Positions 59,104-64,000 of a DNA stretch of 64,000 nt are shown in pieces. Made by a program: the position numbers and the translations under genes. This stretch comes from an uncultured Actinomycetes bacterium. Its GTDB lineage: Bacteria; Actinomycetota; UBA4738; HRBIN12. Within the stretch, counting starts at the first letter, position 1, and each line of letters opens with the position of its first letter. The stretch is from contig OY969934.1 in the NCBI GenBank assembly GCA_963704725.1, positions 1,280,001 to 1,344,000 of the forward strand, given 5' to 3'. The notes beneath the pieces were generated by a model that did no database searches, was not told where the DNA came from, and saw nothing but the letters and a program-made list of their open reading frames with translations.

Positions 59104-60626
59104 GCCGGCACCGCCGACCTCGCGCCGGTCATGTACGACCCCAGCTCCTCGGGCGTGACGGTCGCCGGGTCGAGCCTCGCCACGAGCTGTCCGCGCAGGA
59201 TCACGAACAGCGTGTCGGACAGGCCGATCAGCTCCTCCAGGTCCGCGGAGACCAGCAGCAACGCCAGCCCCGCGGCTCGCGCCTGACGGATCTGCTCCCA
59301 CACGGCCGCCTGCGCCCCGACGTCGATCCCACGCGTGGGGTGGGCCGCGATCAGCATCTTGGGCAGCGCCACCATCTCGCGACCGACGATGAGCTTCTGT
59401 TGGTTGCCGCCGGACAGGGCGAGCGCCGAGGTGTCCGCTCCCGGCGTCGAGACGTTGAACTCGTGGATCACCTCGTCGGTCCGATCGTGCGCTCCGTGTC
59501 GATCGATCCACGGCCCGCGCGCGAAGGGTGTCTGGGTCTGATGGCCGAGCATCGTGTTCTCCCACAGCGGCGAGGCGAGCAGGAGGCCCCGGGCGTGGCG
59601 GTCCTCCGGGATGTAGCCGATGCCGGCCTCCCGCCGCTTCCGCGTCGGCCAGGCGGCCATGTCCACGCCGTCGAGCAGGATCGCGCCGGCGTCGGGGACG
59701 ACGAGGCCGAGGAGCGCGTCGATGAGCTCGGCCTGGCCGTTGCCCTCGACCCCGGCGATGCCGACGATCTCCCCGCGGTGGATCTGGAAGCTCACGTCCT
59801 TGAGCGCGGACCGCTCGCCGGCGCGAAGGGAGAGCGCGCGCACCTCGAGCACGGTCTGGTCCGTGACCGTCGATTCGCGCGTCTCGGGGGTGGGGAGCTC
59901 GCTCCCGACCATCAGCTCGGCCAGGTGGTGCGCGTCGACGTCCTCCGGCCGCACGGTCGCGACCGTGCGGCCCGCGCGGATCACCGTGATGACGTCGGCG
60001 ATCGCGAGCACCTCGTCGAGCTTGTGCGAGATGAAGATGATCGTGACGTTGCGGCTGGCCAGCTCGCGGAGGTTTCGGAAGAGCTCGTCGACCTCCTGCG
60101 GCACCAGGACGGCCGTGGGCTCGTCCAGGATCAGCGTGCGGGCGCCGCGATAGAGGACCTTCACGATCTCGACCCGCTGGCGTTCGCCGACGGCCAGGTC
60201 CTCGACCCGCTCGTCGGGGTCGAGCGGCATCCCGTAGGTGTCGGCCAGCTCCCGGATCCGGGAGCGAGCGCGATCGAAGTCCAGCATGCCCGCCCGGACC
60301 GGCTCCGATCCCAGCACGATGTTCTCCAGGACCGTGAGGTTCGACGCCAGCATGAAGTGCTGGTGCACCATGCCGATCCCCGCCGCGATCGCGTCCTTCG
60401 GCGAGCGGAAGTGCGTCGGGCTCCCGTCGATCGAGATGGTCCCGCGGTCCGGACGCTGCATCCCGTAGAGGATCTTCATCAGCGTCGACTTCCCGGCGCC
60501 GTTCTCGCCGACGATCGCGTGGATCTGGGCGGGCCGCACGACGAGCTCGATGTCGTCGTTGGCGACGACGCCGGGGAAGGTCTTGGAGATGCCCTTCAGT
60601 TCGATGGCTGGCGGTCGCTCCTGCAC
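59100..60626 (-). CDS. ABC transporter ATP-binding protein (tandem NBD, NupA/YufO-like)
   Basis: GENGAGKSTL, MVHQHF, LDEPT, LSGGNQQK, HPTRGID. Confidence 0.95.
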   Translation of the reverse strand: MQERPPAIELKGISKTFPGVVANDDIELVVRPAQIHAIVGENGAGKSTLMKILYGMQRPDRGTISIDGSPTHFRSPKDAIAAGIGMVHQHFMLASNLTVLENIVLGSEPVRAGMLDFDRARSRIRELADTYGMPLDPDERVEDLAVGERQRVEIVKVLYRGARTLILDEPTAVLVPQEVDELFRNLRELASRNVTIIFISHKLDEVLAIADVITVIRAGRTVATVRPEDVDAHHLAELMVGSELPTPETRESTVTDQTVLEVRALSLRAGERSALKDVSFQIHRGEIVGIAGVEGNGQAELIDALLGLVVPDAGAILLDGVDMAAWPTRKRREAGIGYIPEDRHARGLLLASPLWENTMLGHQTQTPFARGPWIDRHGAHDRTDEVIHEFNVSTPGADTSALALSGGNQQKLIVGREMVALPKMLIAAHPTRGIDVGAQAAVWEQIRQARAAGLALLLVSADLEELIGLSDTLFVILRGQLVARLDPATVTPEELGSYMTGARSAVPA

Positions 60627-60648
60627 CGGCTCCCCGCTCCGGACGCAC

Positions 60649-60687
60649 GGCGAGGGCCCGAGAGCGTTCCCGCCTCGGGCCCTCGCC
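60649..60687 (-). terminator. 14-bp hairpin after the BMP gene (mRNA stabiliser or partial terminator)
   Basis: ggcgagggcccgag ... ctcgggccctcgcc; typical position after an ABC binding-protein gene. Confidence 0.7.
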
Positions 60688-60703
60688 TACGCTGCGTCGT
60701 CCT

Positions 60704-61855
60704 CTAGCTCGTCGGCACCACGATGGTTCCGTCGATGATCTGCTGCTTCAGATCGTCGAGCTGGGACGCGATGTCATCGACGAAGCCGCCGGACGTCGCG
60801 TATCCCACACCGTCGACCGACAGGTCGAAGACGTGGTAGCCGCCCGTGAAGGTGCCCTCGACCTGGCTCTGGATCGTGTTGTACACGGCCACGTCCACCC
60901 GCTTGAGCATGGACGTCAGCACGTAGGGCTGCAGCTCGGGCGGGACCGTCTGGTACTGGTCCGAGTCCACGCCGATGCCCCACACGTGCGTGCCGCTCGA
61001 GTCCTCGTACTCCTTGGCCGCCTGGAACATGCCGAGGCCCGAACCGCCGGCCGCCGCGTACACGACGTCGGCCCCGGACTCGAACATGCTCGTCGCGATC
61101 TCCTTGCCCTTGGCCGGGTCGTTGAACCCGCTGAAGTCCGGGGGCTGGGAGATGTACTTGATGTCGATCTCGATGTCGGGGTTGATCTGCGTGGCCCCCG
61201 CCACGAAGCCGGCCTCGAACTTGTGGATGAGGTCGATGTCGACGCCGCCGATGAACCCGACGTGCCCGGTGGTGGACTTGAGGGCCGCCGCCGCGCCGAC
61301 CAGGAACGATCCCTGCTCCTCGGCGAAGAGCAGCGACGCCACGTTGTCGCTGTCGGTCAGGTTGTGAGCCTTGGGACAGTTCGCCGTGTTCTCGTCGATG
61401 AACCCGTCGATGTCACCGAAGTTGACGTCCGGGTACTGGTTGCCCGCCGCGCAGACCGTCTCCGCGAACAGGAATCCGACGCCGATGACCAGCGACGCGC
61501 CCTGCGTCGAGAGCAGGCTGAGCAGCTCGGCGCGGTTCGTTCCGCCCTGGTTGGGCTCGAGCTCCTGCGGCGTGATGCCGAGGTCGGTCACCGCCTTGTC
61601 CAGACCCGCCGCGGCGGAGTCGTTGAACGACAGGTCACCGCGACCACCGATGTCGTACACGAGGCCGATCGTGATGCCTTCACCCGGGAGTGCGGCGGTC
61701 GTGCCGGTCGGACCCGTGGTACCGGTGGTTCCGGTCGTTGCGGTGGTCCCGCCCGTCGTGCCGCTGCTGCCGGTGTCGCCCCCGTCATTCGAGCATGCCG
61801 TCGCGACGACGGCGAGGACAGCCAGCACGGCGAACAGCCGCGTCCATTTGTTCAT
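60704..61855 (-). CDS. BMP-family ABC substrate-binding lipoprotein
   Basis: Lipobox ATAC, Thr/Gly linker, GGRGDLSFND, FAEEQGSFLVG, GVDSDQ, TSMLKRVD. Confidence 0.94.
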   Translation of the reverse strand: MNKWTRLFAVLAVLAVVATACSNDGGDTGSSGTTGGTTATTGTTGTTGPTGTTAALPGEGITIGLVYDIGGRGDLSFNDSAAAGLDKAVTDLGITPQELEPNQGGTNRAELLSLLSTQGASLVIGVGFLFAETVCAAGNQYPDVNFGDIDGFIDENTANCPKAHNLTDSDNVASLLFAEEQGSFLVGAAAALKSTTGHVGFIGGVDIDLIHKFEAGFVAGATQINPDIEIDIKYISQPPDFSGFNDPAKGKEIATSMFESGADVVYAAAGGSGLGMFQAAKEYEDSSGTHVWGIGVDSDQYQTVPPELQPYVLTSMLKRVDVAVYNTIQSQVEGTFTGGYHVFDLSVDGVGYATSGGFVDDIASQLDDLKQQIIDGTIVVPTS

Positions 61856-61997
61856 GCCCCCTCCTTCCCCATTCAGGGTGCCCCCTCCTGGTACGTCCCC
61901 CGGCAGCCGAGTGGATGCCTCCTGGGATGCACCGGGGAGAATCTACTCGTTCGCTCCGAAGCCCGCTCGGCGCCGTACGGCCCGCGACCTCCGGGTC

Positions 61998-62615
61998 TCA
62001 CTCGGTGCCGAAGAGCCGGTCCCCGAAGTCGCCGAGGCCGGGCAGGATGTACCCGTGATCGTTCAGCTGACGATCCACGGCGGCCGTGTAGATCGGCACG
62101 TCGGGGTGATCGGCCTGCATCTTCTCGATCCCCTCGGGGGCGGAGACCACGCAGACGAACCGGATCGAGGCCGGCTCGCCGAGCTTCACGGCGGCGGTCG
62201 CGGCCGAGCCGGACCCGCCGGTCGCCAGCATCGGGTCGAGCACGAGCACGTGACGGCCCTTCACCGGGGGCAGCTTCCGGTAGTAGGACTGTGGCTGGAG
62301 CGAGGCCTCGTCGCGCTCGAGCCCGATGTACCCGACGGCCACCTCGGGAAGGAGCTCGGTCACGGCCTCGAGCATCCCGAGCCCTGCCCGCAGGATCGGG
62401 ACGGCCACGAGGTCTCCCAGCACCCGGCCGGTCGCCGGCTCGAGCGGCGTCGCCACGCCGATCTCCGAGGTCGGCAGGTCCCGGATGGCCTCGGCCGCGA
62501 GCACGAGGGCGAGGCGCTTGGCGAGGGTTCGGAACACCGGCGGTGGGGTTCGGGCGTCCCGGAGCTGGGTCAGCAGATGCGCCGCCAGCGCGTGGTCGAC
62601 GAGCGTGACCGACAT
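61998..62615 (-). CDS. upp: Uracil phosphoribosyltransferase
   Basis: PILRAGLGM, LDPMLATGGS, YILPGLGDFGDRLFGT; TAGGAT -10 element 7 nt upstream. Confidence 0.96.
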   Translation of the reverse strand: MSVTLVDHALAAHLLTQLRDARTPPPVFRTLAKRLALVLAAEAIRDLPTSEIGVATPLEPATGRVLGDLVAVPILRAGLGMLEAVTELLPEVAVGYIGLERDEASLQPQSYYRKLPPVKGRHVLVLDPMLATGGSGSAATAAVKLGEPASIRFVCVVSAPEGIEKMQADHPDVPIYTAAVDRQLNDHGYILPGLGDFGDRLFGTE

Positions 62616-62662
62616 CGGGCGCATCCTAATGCGGCGCCGGGCGCCCCGCGTCCGGCCGGGGG

Positions 62663-62691
62663 TTGCCATGCGGAGCGCGTGCTGGCACGAT
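62663..62691 (+). promoter_or_regulatory. Sigma70-type promoter for the aroF leader
   Basis: TTGCCA (62663-62668) - 17 nt - CACGAT (62686-62691), 9 nt before the leader ATG. Confidence 0.6.
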
Positions 62692-62700
62692 GGCGCTTCG

Positions 62701-62754
62701 ATGCACGCGTACTTCGGCTTCGGGTCCTTCTACTTCGGGCGCCGCCCGGGGTAG
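62701..62754 (+). CDS. Phe/Tyr-rich attenuator leader peptide MHAYFGFGSFYFGRRPG
   Basis: 17 codons with 4 Phe and 2 Tyr, upstream of a DAHP synthase; overlaps the attenuator segments. Confidence 0.85.
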   Translation: MHAYFGFGSFYFGRRPG

Positions 62755-62810
62755 TCGCCTGAGGCGACCGATCAGACGACCCCGGGCGAGGAGCCCGGGG
62801 TTTTCCGTCT
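62731..62810 (+). terminator. Attenuator with mutually exclusive 1:2, 2:3 (antiterminator) and 3:4 (terminator) hairpins
   Basis: Terminator accccgggc-gagga-gcccggggt followed by ttt; antiterminator cgcccggggt (62743-62752) with accccgggcg (62779-62788). Confidence 0.85.
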
Positions 62811-62842
62811 CCGGGGCGCGGGCCGGGAACGGAGGGATCCCC

Positions 62843-63874
62843 ATGGTCGTGGTGATGAAGCGGGAGGCCACCGAGGCCGACGTCGAGGCGATCGCCGAGC
62901 GCGTTCGGGCCTCCGGGGGCGAGGCGTTCGTGTCGCGCGGGACGGTGCACACGGTCATCGGGCTGGTCGGCGACACCGAAGCGTTCGAGGCGGTCGACTG
63001 GCAGCTCATGCCGGGCGTCGAACGGGTGATCCCGATCGGCAAGCCCTACAAGATGGTCGCGGCCGACCTGCACCCCCAGCCGACCACCGTGAACGTCGGG
63101 ACCACGCCGGTCGGGCGGAGCACCTTCACCATCATCGCCGGGCCCTGCGCCGTCGAGAGCGAGGAGCAGGCCCTGATCGCGACGAAGGCCGCGAAGGCCG
63201 CCGGCGCGACGATCCTTCGAGGCGACGTCTACAAGCCGAGGACGTCGCCCTATTCGTTCCAGGGGATGGGGGAGCGAGGGATCGAGATCCTGCGGGAGTG
63301 CCGGCGGCAGACGGGCCTGCCGATCGTCGTCGAGGTCGTCGACGCCTCGCACGTGGAGCAGGTGGCCGAGGTCGCGGACTGCATCCGCGTCGGGACGCGC
63401 AACGCCCAGAACTTCGAGCTGCTGAAGGAGGTCGGCCTCGTCCGCAAGCCGGTGATGCTGAAGCGCGGGCTCGCCATGACGATCGACGAGTGGCTGCAGG
63501 CGGCCGAGTACGTGGCCCAGCGGGGGAACTCCGACATCATCCTGTGCGAGCGGGGCATCCGGACGTTCGAGCCGTCGACGCGCAACACGCTGGACCTCGC
63601 GGGGATGGCCGTGGCGCAGGCCGAGTCCCACCTACCGGTGATCGTCGATCCCTCTCACGCGGTCGGGAAGCGACACCTCGTCGCGCCGATGGCGCGAGCC
63701 GCCGTGGCCGCCGGGGCCGACGCCGTGATGATCGACGTGCATCCCGACCCCGAGACCGCCTACTGCGACGGCCCCCAGGCGCTCACGCCCGACCAGATGC
63801 TCGATCTCGGCCGGGACCTCGAACGGCTGGCGGCGGCGATCGGCCGCACGCTCAACCGGCCCGACTCGAAGTAG
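62843..63874 (+). CDS. aroF: Type I-beta DAHP synthase with N-terminal ACT/ferredoxin-like regulatory domain
   Basis: MVVVMK...IGLVGD N-domain, IAGPCAVES, KPRTSPYSFQG, LKRG, CERGIRTFE, VDPSH, DGPQAL; GGAGG SD. Confidence 0.95.
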   Translation: MVVVMKREATEADVEAIAERVRASGGEAFVSRGTVHTVIGLVGDTEAFEAVDWQLMPGVERVIPIGKPYKMVAADLHPQPTTVNVGTTPVGRSTFTIIAGPCAVESEEQALIATKAAKAAGATILRGDVYKPRTSPYSFQGMGERGIEILRECRRQTGLPIVVEVVDASHVEQVAEVADCIRVGTRNAQNFELLKEVGLVRKPVMLKRGLAMTIDEWLQAAEYVAQRGNSDIILCERGIRTFEPSTRNTLDLAGMAVAQAESHLPVIVDPSHAVGKRHLVAPMARAAVAAGADAVMIDVHPDPETAYCDGPQALTPDQMLDLGRDLERLAAAIGRTLNRPDSK

Positions 63875-63877
63875 AGC

Positions 63878-64000
63878 TCAGCCGACGAGCGGCGTCAGCT
63901 CGGCGATGTCGCACGTCCCGCGCCAACGCTTGAGGGAGTCCTCCGGCGGCCCGACGCGGCTCCGGCGGCGATCGACGAGGGCCTTGGCCGCGTCCTCCCA
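63878..64000 (-). CDS. C-terminal fragment of a hypothetical protein, truncated by the window edge
   Basis: Open frame WEDAAKALVDRRRSRVGPPEDSLKRWRGTCDIAELTPLVG* with G/C-ending codons, converging on aroF. Confidence 0.5.
   Translation of the reverse strand, partial: WEDAAKALVDRRRSRVGPPEDSLKRWRGTCDIAELTPLVG

Noticed and set aside
61856-61997. Possible purine or other riboswitch, or CsrA sites (three AGGA motifs), in the BMP leader
   Set aside because: No recognisable aptamer consensus or expression platform; AGGA/GGAGG motifs are common in purine-rich leaders. An Rfam cmscan would settle it.

Overview
A very GC-rich, gene-dense bacterial window with an actinobacterial gene complement (Ku with POL-PE-LIG LigD, DUF5319, an Rv1322-like protein, many apparently leaderless TANNNT promoters). 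The taxon is inferred, not proven. In order it carries: (1) a large glycerol/dihydroxyacetone cluster (glpF-dhaK-dhaL-glpK-[72-aa His/Glu repeat peptide]-glpABC-dhaM/HPr/EI fusion-pgsA-SDR-glpX) facing a divergent second dhaL coupled to an IclR/GylR-type regulator; (2) assorted oxidoreductases, tldD/tldE, an amidohydrolase, a C45 peptidase and rmuC; (3) a short AT-richer islet; (4) an argCJBRGH operon with an ARG-box-like site but no argD or argF; (5) NHEJ ligD/ku; (6) PII-glnD; (7) a secreted BNR-repeat protein; (8) larBCE without larA; (9) a BMP-type nucleoside ABC transporter and upp; (10) a type I-beta DAHP synthase preceded by a 17-codon Phe/Tyr-rich leader peptide with a complete 1:2 / 2:3 / 3:4 attenuator. 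No rRNA, tRNA, CRISPR array or transposase was recognised. All product calls come from motif recognition by eye; no database search was run. Best candidates for something new: the Phe/Tyr attenuator, the DhaL-paralogue/IclR pair, the hairpin-flanked GxFAEGQ repeat peptide, and the orphan larBCE with a divergent LarC.
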